64,000 bases of DNA, from positions 32,228 through 96,227 of the forward strand of contig JAGVZA010000002.1 in NCBI GenBank assembly GCA_018302985.1, read 5' to 3'. Of the stretch, positions 9,549 to 18,491 are shown one piece after another. The notes beneath the pieces are model-generated. The model searched no databases and was not told the DNA's origin. It saw only the letters and a list, made by a program, of their open reading frames with translations. This DNA is from Candidatus Woesearchaeota archaeon. Lineage in GTDB: Archaea; Nanobdellota; Nanobdellia; SCGC-AAA011-G17; UBA489. Both the position numbers and the translations under genes were made by a program. How positions within the stretch are numbered: the first letter of the stretch is position 1; the number at the start of each line of letters is the position of its first letter.

Positions 9549-9890
9549 CTACGAAGATTCGGATAGCAATGTTTCAAGAGCTTTCTGAGGAAAACGGTTT
9601 CGCAAATTTATGGTTTGACAAGCCATTTGATAAGTGGCAATTATAGGGGGTACTCCTAGTTCTTGGGAAATAAAGTAAGTTCCTAGTTGTTTGCCATCGA
9701 ACAAGCCAAAGTAGAGTACAAAAATGGTTTTTGCCTTCTCATCAGGAAGGAAATTCAAAAGAGTGTCTACTACTCTATCGACTGTCTGTGGTGAGAAAGA
9801 GGATGCAGCAACAAGAGGTTTATCATGAATCCATCGTAAAAAAGCAAGCGCCCCTCGCTGAACATATTTGGGGGTGTAGTCATCGGTCAT
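9549..9890 (-). CDS. Sigma-70 region 4-like HTH protein
   Basis: LLNFLPDEKAKTIFVLYFGLFDGKQLGTYFISQELGV mirrors sigma70 r4 L..RE..VL.LRFGL.DG...TL.EIG..LGV. Confidence 0.5.
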   Translation of the reverse strand: MTDDYTPKYVQRGALAFLRWIHDKPLVAASSFSPQTVDRVVDTLLNFLPDEKAKTIFVLYFGLFDGKQLGTYFISQELGVPPIIATYQMACQTINLRNRFPQKALETLLSESS

Positions 9891-10133
9891 GGTAAGAATT
9901 AATCAAGGTTGTATGATAATTTGTTGTGAAGGAGATACTGTAAATCAATCCTGGAAATGGTTGTGTAAGATTTAAAGTCACAAAACCAATACAAAACGTT
10001 TGTTCATTTTACCCCCGGAAAACAAGAGACTATGAGCTTATAATGATTTTGTCAGAAAAATGTCATTGAGAGAGTGTAAAAAAGCAATAAAAGGTTGATG
10101 TGGAGAATAGTCTGTCGATAGCTCTATAAATAC

Positions 10134-10151
10134 ATACACACTAGTGTGTAT
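10134..10151. promoter_or_regulatory. Perfect 18 bp palindrome, putative operator
   Basis: ATACACACTAGTGTGTAT lies between TATA (ctataaat, about 10124-10131) and ATG 10156. Confidence 0.7.
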
Positions 10152-10155
10152 AAAT

Positions 10156-10785
10156 ATGTCCCTCAACCAGCGCTGGATCAAAGCCAAAGAAACTATAGCT
10201 GAAACACTCAAAGGTACGCATCATGAGCAGTTGCAAGACAAACGTCTTCCTCCTGGTCAGCATTGGACTCCTGGATTTCCTGTGTTAGACTTAGGCATTC
10301 AACCTGAGATGGATATGAAGACATGGAAATTAAAAATAAGTGGCCTAGCAAAAGAACAAGAACTTTCCTTGGCAGATCTCAAAAAACTAGGTCCACAAAA
10401 AGTAGTGCAAGATTTTCATTGTGTAACTTCGTGGTCAAAAAAAGACGTGCAATGGACTGGCATTCCTCTCAAAAAAATTCTGCAGAAAGTGAAACCAGAT
10501 CCTTCGTGGAAGTTTCTTATCCAGTATGGTGCAGATAACTACTCCACTAATGTTCCTAGAGAAGATGTTGAACATGATGATGTCTTCTTGGTCTATGAAC
10601 TCGAGGGCAAGCCTATTCCTAAAGAGCATGGCTATGTGAGATTGGTGATTCCTCAGTTGTATGCGTGGAAGACGAGTAAGTTTTTAATTGGGTTGGAATT
10701 TTCAAAGACTGATAAGCCCGGCTTCTGGGAAGTTAGAGGGTATAATAATCACGGCGATGCATTCAAAGAAGAACGATACAGTTAA
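10156..10785 (+). CDS. Sulfite oxidase-like molybdopterin-binding oxidoreductase (MsrP/YedY-like)
   Basis: RLPPGQ, DFHCVTSWS, WTG, EHG.VRLVIPQLYAWKTSKF, GFWEVRGY. Confidence 0.9.
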   Translation: MSLNQRWIKAKETIAETLKGTHHEQLQDKRLPPGQHWTPGFPVLDLGIQPEMDMKTWKLKISGLAKEQELSLADLKKLGPQKVVQDFHCVTSWSKKDVQWTGIPLKKILQKVKPDPSWKFLIQYGADNYSTNVPREDVEHDDVFLVYELEGKPIPKEHGYVRLVIPQLYAWKTSKFLIGLEFSKTDKPGFWEVRGYNNHGDAFKEERYS

Positions 10786-10881
10786 GGTTTAGACCATTTC
10801 TCTTCTTCTTCTTCTTCTAACTTTCCATCTTGTAACTTAATTCTTTAAAAAGAAGAGGAATGAGTATACTTTCTGAGATCC

Positions 10882-11124
10882 ATGAAAACAGTAATCATCC
10901 ACGATAAGCCACAATGTATAGGGTGTGGTGCCTGTGCTGCCATAGATCCTGGAAATTGGAGTTTAGGACCGGACGGAAAAGCAACCCTGGCAAACCATGC
11001 ACAAGACAATGAACAAGAAATCAGAGAAATAACAGAACAAGAAATAGGAGAACAAAAAGAAGTGGCAGAAGCTTGTCCAGTCAATTGCATTCATATCTAT
11101 GACAAAGGAAAAAAACTCTTATGA
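10882..11124 (+). CDS. Ferredoxin
   Basis: CIGCGACAA...ACPVNCI. Confidence 0.9.
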   Translation: MKTVIIHDKPQCIGCGACAAIDPGNWSLGPDGKATLANHAQDNEQEIREITEQEIGEQKEVAEACPVNCIHIYDKGKKLL

Positions 11125-12368
11125 AACCAGAACTCTTGGCTCCAGTAGGTGACTGGGAAACCTTATCCTCAGCCATCAAGGCAGGAGCAGATGCAGTCTA
11201 CTTTGGCATCAAATGGATCAACATGCGTGCAGGATCTGCCAGAAATTTTGACATCACAGAAGTGAAAGAAGTCATGGACAAGCTCCACAAAAATAAGATC
11301 AGAGGCTATCTCACCTTAAACACAGTCATCTATGATCATGAGTTAGACAAAGTAAAAAGAATTCTCGAAGAAGTCAAGAAAACAAAAGTAGATGCAGTCA
11401 TAGCGACAGACATGGCAATAGTCCAGATGTGTCAGGAAAGAAATATTGAAGTTCATATCAGCACGCAATTGTCAGTAGCGAATTATGAATCCATTAAATT
11501 CTTCGCGAACTTTTCTCCACGAATTATTTTGGCAAGAGAATGTAGCATCGATCAGATAAAATCCTTGAAAGAGCAGATCAAGAAAGACAACTTAAACTAC
11601 AAAGGAAGACCTATAGAATTAGAAACATTTGTCCATGGCTCCTGCAGGAAAAAATACAAGATCACAGACGTCGAAGATCCGAGAAGAGAGTTCATTCTTG
11701 ATGAGAATTTTATTTTGTCTCCCAAAGATCTCTGTGCTCTCCCAATTCTAGATAAACTGCAAGAGGCGGGTGTTGACGTCTTCAAGATAGAAGGCAGGGC
11801 AAAAGGTCCAGAATATGTGTATACCGTAACCAAAGCGTACAGAGAAGCAATCGATCTTATCAGTCAGAAGAAATTCACGCAGGAAAAAGCTTTAGCATTG
11901 GTCAAGGAATTGGAAAAAGTTTTCAATCGAGGATTCACAGATAATTTTTTCTTGGGAACTCCGACTAATGATTCCTGGACAAAGTTCTATGGATCAGCGG
12001 CGCAGGAGAAAAAAGTTAAGATAGGAAAAGTAACTAAATATTATCCAAATTTAAAAGTAGCGGCAGTGCTCATGGAAGAAGGAGAGCTCAAGAAAGGAGA
12101 CGAAATTTGTTTCACTGGACAAACAACTGGATTTTATAAAACTAAAGTACCGGAACTCAGAAAAGAAAATAAAATAATTGTTAGCGCGAGAAAAGGCGAT
12201 GAAGTTTCTTTCATGGTTCAAGAGCGTGTGCGACCTGAGGATCAAGTGTTTGTAATCCAGCCTCGGAATCCAGAAGAAGAGACAAAACAGCAGTATGAAA
12301 ACATAGGCATCCACAAACCTTTCAAGTTTATCAACTCGCGGCAAGAGAAAACGCTTTCCAAAAAGTAA
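11121..12368 (+). CDS. U32 family protein (RNA hydroxylation/collagenase-like) with internal deletion
   Basis: PELLAP, GADAVY.G, H.STQ, ILARE, SPKDL, FKIEGR; the Cys-rich segment after VHG is missing. Confidence 0.85.
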   Translation: MKPELLAPVGDWETLSSAIKAGADAVYFGIKWINMRAGSARNFDITEVKEVMDKLHKNKIRGYLTLNTVIYDHELDKVKRILEEVKKTKVDAVIATDMAIVQMCQERNIEVHISTQLSVANYESIKFFANFSPRIILARECSIDQIKSLKEQIKKDNLNYKGRPIELETFVHGSCRKKYKITDVEDPRREFILDENFILSPKDLCALPILDKLQEAGVDVFKIEGRAKGPEYVYTVTKAYREAIDLISQKKFTQEKALALVKELEKVFNRGFTDNFFLGTPTNDSWTKFYGSAAQEKKVKIGKVTKYYPNLKVAAVLMEEGELKKGDEICFTGQTTGFYKTKVPELRKENKIIVSARKGDEVSFMVQERVRPEDQVFVIQPRNPEEETKQQYENIGIHKPFKFINSRQEKTLSKK

Positions 12369-12415
12369 CTTCATTCTTTAAGAAGAAAGGGAGCTTTAGA
12401 AAGAGATACTCTAGT

Positions 12416-13903
12416 ATGAAAAACATCCTCTTAGTTTATCCCGAGTATCCAGACACCTTTTGGAGTTTTAAGCACGTTCTTAAGTTCATCAAGAGAAAAT
12501 CTGCGTTCCCTCCCCTGGGATTATTGACCATAGCAGCCATGCTCCCAGAAATTTGGAACAAGAAGCTCATAGACTTAAACGTGGAAGAGCTCACAGACGA
12601 GCACATCGCGTGGGCAGACATGGTTTTCATCAGCGCGATGATAGTTCAAAAGGCTAGCGCTCAGGAAATTATCAATCGTTGCAAAGAGCAAAACAAAATT
12701 GTTGTTGCTGGTGGTCCAGTGTTTACTACACAGCATGAAAACTTTAAGAATGTGGATCATTTCATTCTCAATGAGGCTGAAGTTACTTTGCCTTTATTCT
12801 TGGCAGATCTGGAGCACAACAAGTTGCAGCCAGTCTACACTTCTCCTATAAGACCAGATATTACAACAACGCCTCTTCCTCTCTGGAACTTAATCAATTT
12901 CAAAAATTATGCAACTATGGCAATCCAATATTCACGTGGATGTCCCTTCAATTGCGAGTTCTGTGACATTATTATCATGAATGGAAGAATTCCCAGAGTG
13001 AAAACACCAGAACAAATTGTTAAAGAGTTCCAGAATCTCTATGATGCTGGCTGGCGTGGTTCCATCTTTGTCGTAGATGATAATTTCATAGGCAATATGA
13101 CACACGTGAAGCAGATGCTGCCAAAATTAATTGCCTGGCAGAAAGAACATGACTATCCCTTTACTCTTCTAACTGAAGCAAGCACTAATCTCTCTGCTGA
13201 TCCAGAACTGATGCAATTGATGAGCGCGGCAAATTTCTGCAAAGTATTCTTAGGTATTGAAACGCCCTCAAAAGAAGGATTACAAGAATGCGGTAAATTC
13301 CAGAATGTGACTCGAGATTTAGCTCAGGCAGTAAAGACCATCCATCAAAATGGCATGCAAGTCATGGGTGGGTTTATTGTTGGTTTTGACACAGACACAG
13401 AAAGTATTTTCGACACGCAGATTAAATTCATTCAGGAAATCGGAGTAGTCACTGCAATGGTTGGTTTGTTGACAGTCCTCCCACAGACAAGGCTCTGGCA
13501 TAGATTAAAAGCAGAAAAAAGATTGCTCACTGATGCAACAGGAGAAAATACTGATGGTATTCTCAATTTCATTCCCAAGATGAATAAAGAAAAGCTAGTA
13601 GCAGGATACAAAAGAATTTTCTCAACGATTTACTCTAGAAAATATTATTACAAAAGAATAGAAACTTTCATCAAACAGTACAAGCCGACAGTGCATGCAA
13701 GAATAACCATTAGGGATGTACAAGCATTTTTGAAAAGTGTCTGGAACATAGGTATTCTTTCAAGAGCAAGGCTGAGATATTGGAAATTAATTGTCAAGAC
13801 TATACTGACCAAACGTAAAGCTTTACCCATGGCTGTAGAATTGGCGATTTATGGAATACATTTTGAAAAAGTAGTGAGAAGAGCTGTAGCAAAACAAGTA
13901 TAG
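12416..13903 (+). CDS. B12-binding radical SAM protein (DUF4070-type)
   Basis: DTFWSF, PPLGLLTIAA, SRGCPFNCEFCDI, VDDNFIG, GFIVGFD. Confidence 0.9.
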   Translation: MKNILLVYPEYPDTFWSFKHVLKFIKRKSAFPPLGLLTIAAMLPEIWNKKLIDLNVEELTDEHIAWADMVFISAMIVQKASAQEIINRCKEQNKIVVAGGPVFTTQHENFKNVDHFILNEAEVTLPLFLADLEHNKLQPVYTSPIRPDITTTPLPLWNLINFKNYATMAIQYSRGCPFNCEFCDIIIMNGRIPRVKTPEQIVKEFQNLYDAGWRGSIFVVDDNFIGNMTHVKQMLPKLIAWQKEHDYPFTLLTEASTNLSADPELMQLMSAANFCKVFLGIETPSKEGLQECGKFQNVTRDLAQAVKTIHQNGMQVMGGFIVGFDTDTESIFDTQIKFIQEIGVVTAMVGLLTVLPQTRLWHRLKAEKRLLTDATGENTDGILNFIPKMNKEKLVAGYKRIFSTIYSRKYYYKRIETFIKQYKPTVHARITIRDVQAFLKSVWNIGILSRARLRYWKLIVKTILTKRKALPMAVELAIYGIHFEKVVRRAVAKQV

Positions 13904-13956
13904 CTTTCCCCTTCGTAACCACCACCTTTAAGAACTTCTAATAATCATTTAATCGT

Positions 13957-14139
13957 ATGGGTGGCGGAAAGCGCAAATACAACCAGAGCATCAGGTTTAG
14001 AAAATTCCATAAAGAAGGACAACAAGTAGATCTCCCAGAAGAACATAAGGCTCCTGCTCCAGAAAACGCGCAAAGTATTCTAGAACTCTGGAAAAAGGCC
14101 AAAGAAAAGAAAGATCAGCAGGCAGAGCAGAAGTCCTAA
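13957..14139 (+). CDS. Small basic hypothetical protein
   Basis: 60 aa ORF about 25 bp after TATA-like ctttaag. Confidence 0.55.
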   Translation: MGGGKRKYNQSIRFRKFHKEGQQVDLPEEHKAPAPENAQSILELWKKAKEKKDQQAEQKS

Positions 14140-14178
14140 CCGAAAATCTTCCGGAAATGGCTTAAATCTTAACGAAAA
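14140..14178 (+). repeat. Phased-CG intergenic element, partial copy
   Basis: CG at 14141, 14152 and 14173 (11, 21), each followed by (G)AAA. Confidence 0.55.
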
Positions 14179-14208
14179 GCATATAAAGATGATAGCGTTA
14201 TTATAGGT

Positions 14209-14412
14209 ATGCTCCAAGCAGAACAAAATTATAAATCATTCTTGAACTTAAGTGTCAAAGAGTATCCTAATAAATGGGTTGCTCTTATTGATGGTGATGT
14301 CGTTGCAGTAAAAAATACTTTCAAAGAAGTATATACAGAAACAAAACAGAAATTTCCACAGCAAAGACCTCTTATTGCTAAGATTCCTTCTAAAAAAGTA
14401 ATGATCCTCTAA
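14209..14412 (+). CDS. DUF5678-like small protein
   Basis: EYPNKWVALIDGDVVA...EVY......P...PLIAKIP. Confidence 0.75.
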   Translation: MLQAEQNYKSFLNLSVKEYPNKWVALIDGDVVAVKNTFKEVYTETKQKFPQQRPLIAKIPSKKVMIL

Positions 14413-14415
14413 ACA

Positions 14416-14847
14416 ATGACTTTAGTGTTCAAATACAAACGTATAGATAGACCAGAACCTTTTCCCTCTGAAGCTGCTCCTGCAATACCTGTAACTCTTA
14501 TAGGCCCAAAAGAAAAAATAAACGTTATTGGACTATTAGACTCTGGTGCTGATTTCTCTTTTATTCCTTATGATATGGCAGAAGTTCTGGGGTTGGATCT
14601 TACAGAAAAACCTCAAGATATTGGAGGCATTAGTGGCACAGTATTATCTATTCCCTCAACGATGAAAATAAATATTCAGAAAGGCAAAGAAAATTATACT
14701 TTTAGTGTTGGTGTTTATGTTTCAGCGAAAGATATGGATGATGATTTCCCTATATTGATTGGAAGAGATGGATTTTTTGAACAATTCAAAATTACATTCA
14801 TAGAGTCGGAAAAGAGAATACACCTTAAGAAACATGACAAACAATAA
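14416..14847 (+). CDS. Retropepsin-like (clan AA) aspartic protease
   Basis: GLLDSGAD and PILIGRDGFF motifs. Confidence 0.85.
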   Translation: MTLVFKYKRIDRPEPFPSEAAPAIPVTLIGPKEKINVIGLLDSGADFSFIPYDMAEVLGLDLTEKPQDIGGISGTVLSIPSTMKINIQKGKENYTFSVGVYVSAKDMDDDFPILIGRDGFFEQFKITFIESEKRIHLKKHDKQ

Positions 14848-14920
14848 ACTGTTCTTGAAAGTAAGGTAAAATAAGAAAAACTATTTAAACTATAAAAAAG
14901 AAACAGAATATATTCAACTC

Positions 14921-14952
14921 CCCAGTATGACTTCTTCGGAGGGAATGCTGGG
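14921..14952 (+). ncRNA. Candidate structured small RNA (GC-rich hairpin, tandem G.A pairs, cUUCGg loop)
   Basis: CCCAGUAU-GA-CUUC-UUCG-GAGG-GA-AUGCUGGG; upstream TATA tatttaaa at 14882-14889; downstream pyrimidine tract. Confidence 0.45.
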
Positions 14953-14984
14953 CTTCCTTTTCTTACGATCTATAAAAACCAATG

Positions 14985-15290
14985 TTATTTACAACAACTG
15001 CCTTTCATCTCATTAAAATCACTAAACAACGTGCAAAATGTCTGCAGTCCAGTTTCTAATTCTTGTTTCCCTTTAGAAGTTAAAGAATATGCTTTGTTAG
15101 TATTGACTTTCAATAATCCCTTTTCTACTAAGTCTTTGAGTGCAGGATAAATCGTTCCAGGACTAGGCTTAGTTCCTTTTCTTGCTTCCAATTCAGTAGC
15201 TAGTTGAGCGCCAGTCTTGGCTTCTTTCTTAACCATCCACAAGATCAGTAAAGACAAAAATCCTTTCGTAGAGCATCCAGAGTCTTTCAT
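14985..15290 (-). CDS. PadR family transcriptional regulator
   Basis: PSPGTIYPALKDLVEKGL...YSLTSKG. Confidence 0.88.
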   Translation of the reverse strand: MKDSGCSTKGFLSLLILWMVKKEAKTGAQLATELEARKGTKPSPGTIYPALKDLVEKGLLKVNTNKAYSLTSKGKQELETGLQTFCTLFSDFNEMKGSCCK

Positions 15291-15296
15291 ACACTA

Positions 15297-15308
15297 TTGG
15301 ATATCCAA
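15297..15308. promoter_or_regulatory. Palindromic operator, probably PadR
   Basis: TTGGATATCCAA begins 7 bp upstream of the padR ATG. Confidence 0.6.
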
Positions 15309-15385
15309 CTGCTATATAAGTGTTACTTGTCAAGAGCAAAAAAAAAGAAGGTAAAGCTTATAAAATAAAAAGAGAGCACCAAGAG

Positions 15386-15883
15386 ATGGTTAATACAGAA
15401 TATAAACCAAAGAGAAGAGATATCGTTTACCAAATGGCAAAAGATCTTGCGCACCCCATACAAGACTTTGTGGTAAATCCTCTATATAATATGCTAACTC
15501 ATCCCTTTACAAGAAGACTAGGATATCTTGTTCGAGAATGGAATATGCTTCCCCATACTGTTGCAACACTTCTAAGAAGATGTAATGAAGATCCAAGGAG
15601 CGTAAGATTTGCTGATGCAGGAAAGTATAATAATACAGTTGATACTCTTGGTTTTTTTATAGGTGCTACTGGCGTAGTTACACAAATAGGAATTTATTGG
15701 ACAATGCAGGATAACTGTCCAAAAGTCGCAGGAGTTTCTTCTATATGGGCTATACCTCTCCTCACTAATCTGGCTTCAGGATTCTATGAATGGCAGCGTT
15801 CAGCAAGAAACCGTCTAATAAGACATCAACAGCAGTCTTTAGAGCAAACTGTCCAAGCGCCTAATGTTGAAACTCATGCATAA
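15386..15883 (+). CDS. Hypothetical membrane protein
   Basis: Start 15386 follows cttataaaa; two short hydrophobic segments. Confidence 0.55.
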   Translation: MVNTEYKPKRRDIVYQMAKDLAHPIQDFVVNPLYNMLTHPFTRRLGYLVREWNMLPHTVATLLRRCNEDPRSVRFADAGKYNNTVDTLGFFIGATGVVTQIGIYWTMQDNCPKVAGVSSIWAIPLLTNLASGFYEWQRSARNRLIRHQQQSLEQTVQAPNVETHA

Positions 15884-15947
15884 GTGACTTACTTTTTTAG
15901 AACTTTTTTTGAATGTCTTCTAACAACCAAAACCTTTATATAGAAGT

Positions 15948-15975
15948 ATCGGTTATCCAATATCGTACATCCAAT
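15948..15975. promoter_or_regulatory. Two degenerate copies of the PadR-type box
   Basis: ATCGGTTATCCAAT and ATCGTACATCCAAT lie between TATA (ctttatata) and ATG 15976. Confidence 0.55.
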
Positions 15976-16161
15976 ATGGATGAAAACGGAGGCATGAAAG
16001 AAATGCAATGTGAAACCAGTTGTTGCGGATCAGAGATGGAAGGACGTCGTTTCCTAACCGCAGAGGAAAAGGCTGAAAAGCTCCAAGACTATAAGAAATG
16101 GTTGGAGTCAGAAGCAAAAGGCGTCGATGAAGCCATCAAAAAGCTAAAGAAAGCTCAGTAA
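15976..16161 (+). CDS. DUF5320-like small Cys-containing coiled-coil protein
   Basis: CETSCCG...RRFLTAEEK.EKL..YK.WLESE..GV.EAI..L. Confidence 0.65.
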   Translation: MDENGGMKEMQCETSCCGSEMEGRRFLTAEEKAEKLQDYKKWLESEAKGVDEAIKKLKKAQ

Positions 16162-16194
16162 TGGGCTTTTCTTTCTTTTTTTATCAGGAAACAA

Positions 16195-16914
16195 ATGCAA
16201 AAAACAATTTACAAAGCTCAGGAACGAGGAACAACAAAAATAGATTGGCTCGATAGTAAACATAGCTTCAGCTTTGGAGAATATTATAATGAAGACGCTA
16301 ATGGATTTGGTGATCTCTTAGTGTTAAATGATGATAGCATTGAACCTAACAAAGGATTCGGTTTACATCCCCATAACAATATGGAAATAATCTCTATAAT
16401 TCTAGAAGGTACATTGCAACATACTGACAGCATGGGAAACACAGGAAAAATACACAAGCATGAAGTGCAAGTGATGTCAGCAGGCACAGGTGTTAGACAC
16501 TCAGAAGTCAATCCTTCAACTACAGAAAAAGTAAATCTCTTACAAATTTGGATTACCCCTAATCAACTCAATGTGAAGCCACGCTATGATCAAAAGAAAT
16601 TCACGCTCAAGAAAAATACTCTCACTACAATAGTCTCAGGAGAAAAGAACAAAGAGAGTTTATTTATTCATCAAGATGCAACCATCAATCTCTTAGAGTT
16701 AGAAAAAGGAAAAAAGAGTATCTATACATTAAATCCATCCAGAGGAGCATATCTTTTTGTCATTGAAGGTACAGTAACAGTGGCAGGTGAAACTCTCAAT
16801 CCACGAGATGCTCTTGCAATCAGTGATACACAAACAATAAATCTAGAAGCAACCACAGATGCAAAAATACTTATCATAGACGTAAATATAAATAATAAAA
16901 CACAGGAGAATTGA
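16195..16914 (+). CDS. Pirin family protein
   Basis: WLDSKHSFSF, GFGLHPH.NMEI, H.DSMG, MSAGTGVRHSE, LQIWI.P. Confidence 0.93.
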   Translation: MQKTIYKAQERGTTKIDWLDSKHSFSFGEYYNEDANGFGDLLVLNDDSIEPNKGFGLHPHNNMEIISIILEGTLQHTDSMGNTGKIHKHEVQVMSAGTGVRHSEVNPSTTEKVNLLQIWITPNQLNVKPRYDQKKFTLKKNTLTTIVSGEKNKESLFIHQDATINLLELEKGKKSIYTLNPSRGAYLFVIEGTVTVAGETLNPRDALAISDTQTINLEATTDAKILIIDVNINNKTQEN

Positions 16915-16919
16915 ACCAC

Positions 16920-17546
16920 ATGACATCATCAGAAATACACATGAATTTTGAACAGATAGTTAAGGAGCGTTTTGCTACTAAAAGTTTTGACGGCAAGGAA
17001 ATTTCAGAAGAAAAAATAAAGAAATTATTCGAGATTATTCATAATGCTCCATCCTCATTCAATATCCAGCCTTGGAAAATTATAGTCATTAAAGATAAAG
17101 CACTCAGAGAAAAATTAGCTCCAGTATCATGGAATCAACCGCAGATAACCTCTTCTTCACATCTGTTAGTCTTCTGTGCAGACACCAATATCAAAGAAAA
17201 CATTGAAAGGTTGGAAAAACTCATGATTAAGAACGGTGCCCAAGCTGATCAGATTAAAGGATATATCCAGATGATGCGAGACTTTGAAAAACCTATGACT
17301 CCAGAACAAAAGCTTTCCTGGGCACAACGACAAACTTATATCGCGTTAGGCAATGCAGTCAACGGTGCAAAATATTTAGGATTTGATTCTTGTCCTATGG
17401 AAGGGTTTAATCCACAAGAATACGCAAAGATCTTGAACTTGCCAGCAAACATAGTTCCTTCAGCGTTAGTAACTTTAGGATACACCACAGAGAAGCCAAG
17501 ACCAAAAGTGCGTTTCCCTGTTGAAGAAGTATTTATGGAGAAATAA
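16920..17546 (+). CDS. NAD(P)H nitroreductase family protein
   Basis: RFATKSFD, APSSFNIQPW, NQPQI, DSCPMEGF. Start uncertain (16911, 16920 or 16941). Confidence 0.92.
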   Translation: MTSSEIHMNFEQIVKERFATKSFDGKEISEEKIKKLFEIIHNAPSSFNIQPWKIIVIKDKALREKLAPVSWNQPQITSSSHLLVFCADTNIKENIERLEKLMIKNGAQADQIKGYIQMMRDFEKPMTPEQKLSWAQRQTYIALGNAVNGAKYLGFDSCPMEGFNPQEYAKILNLPANIVPSALVTLGYTTEKPRPKVRFPVEEVFMEK

Positions 17547-17548
17547 AG

Positions 17549-18280
17549 TTAGGGTAAAGCAAAGTGCATTGTATTCAGAGGACCAGGAAATAAACTTTCT
17601 CTTGGAGTGAATGCATCCTCTAAGGTAGAAGCGTCTTTGTTATGTAATACTCTTCGATAGGGAGAAACATCTGGAGAAACTAGTGTAACTTTAAATAATC
17701 CTTCCTGATTCCAAAAAAATCCTTGAGGTCTAAGTAATCTTTCAGTTTCTTTACCTAATTGTACATAACTAGGAGAATGAGGGTAACAAATTTTTCCAGC
17801 TAACATATGCATCATAACTAAGTCGAAAGAGCTGTCAACATAGCTAGTTTGTGTAGCATCTTGTACTCTAAAAGTAATATTGGTAACTGGTCGTAATAAT
17901 TGCAAAACGTTCGCTCTAAAATCTAAAGCAAAATAATCTAGGGGACAAAAACGAGCACATAGAGAAGTCAATGTTTTATTGTCGCTAGGAATAGAAAATC
18001 CTGATGGTCTGATATCATCTAACCTCCATACGCCTGTTTGGGCTTGTGCTATAGCTCCCTCGTCAATATCTATACAAGTTATCTGAGTAGAGGGATTCTG
18101 TATTGCTAAAATGACTTCATTAATACCTACAGAGCAGCCCATAGAAAGAACATGTGATAGTTCAGAGCCAAAGTGAGAAAAAACATCTTGTATAGGCCAA
18201 GCAACGCCAGGAGCTCTTGAAGTTCTATCTAAGAGTTGATACCGTCCAACAAAAGTATAATCATGTTTTCGCTTGCTCAT
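17549..18280 (-). CDS. Class I SAM-dependent methyltransferase
   Basis: VLSMGCSVG, CIDID, QDA, SFDLV, LLRPQG. Confidence 0.72.
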   Translation of the reverse strand: MSKRKHDYTFVGRYQLLDRTSRAPGVAWPIQDVFSHFGSELSHVLSMGCSVGINEVILAIQNPSTQITCIDIDEGAIAQAQTGVWRLDDIRPSGFSIPSDNKTLTSLCARFCPLDYFALDFRANVLQLLRPVTNITFRVQDATQTSYVDSSFDLVMMHMLAGKICYPHSPSYVQLGKETERLLRPQGFFWNQEGLFKVTLVSPDVSPYRRVLHNKDASTLEDAFTPRESLFPGPLNTMHFALP

Positions 18281-18326
18281 TGGAGAAATGGTTTAAGAGT
18301 CATTTTTAAGGGTGTCGATAAAGTGT

Positions 18327-18491
18327 TTATGAAGAAATAGGGTCAAGATAAGTCTTGATAGCTTCTTTTGTTCTTTCCAAAAGTTGATCTAGAAATTTAG
18401 CTTGCGTATGGCATCCTGGAAGTCCTACAACTTCTGAGATTAACCAGCCATCTTCATCTTTCTCTATGATCACTGTATATTTCTTGGCCAT
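18327..18491 (-). CDS. HicB family antitoxin (orphan)
   Basis: YTVIIEKDEDGWL..EV.GLPGCHTQAK.LD.L.ER.KEAI. Confidence 0.85.
   Translation of the reverse strand: MAKKYTVIIEKDEDGWLISEVVGLPGCHTQAKFLDQLLERTKEAIKTYLDPISS

Noticed and set aside
7675-9890. Integrated element at tRNA-Gly
   Set aside because: The accessory genes lie on the 5' side of the tRNA, and I found no duplicated tRNA 3' end and no integrase.
10783-10845. (CTT)n tract; the minus strand reads RIKLQDGKLEEEEEEKWSKP*, like an ABC ATPase C-terminus
   Set aside because: Only ~20 codons, preceded by a stop and with no start. Possibly a gene remnant, but it cannot be supported.
14921-14952. 5S rRNA fragment, SECIS or kink-turn
   Set aside because: AGUA/GGGAA and AUGA/GA are present, but the rest of 5S is absent, there is no 3-nt K-turn bulge, and no in-frame UGA selenoprotein candidate was seen nearby.
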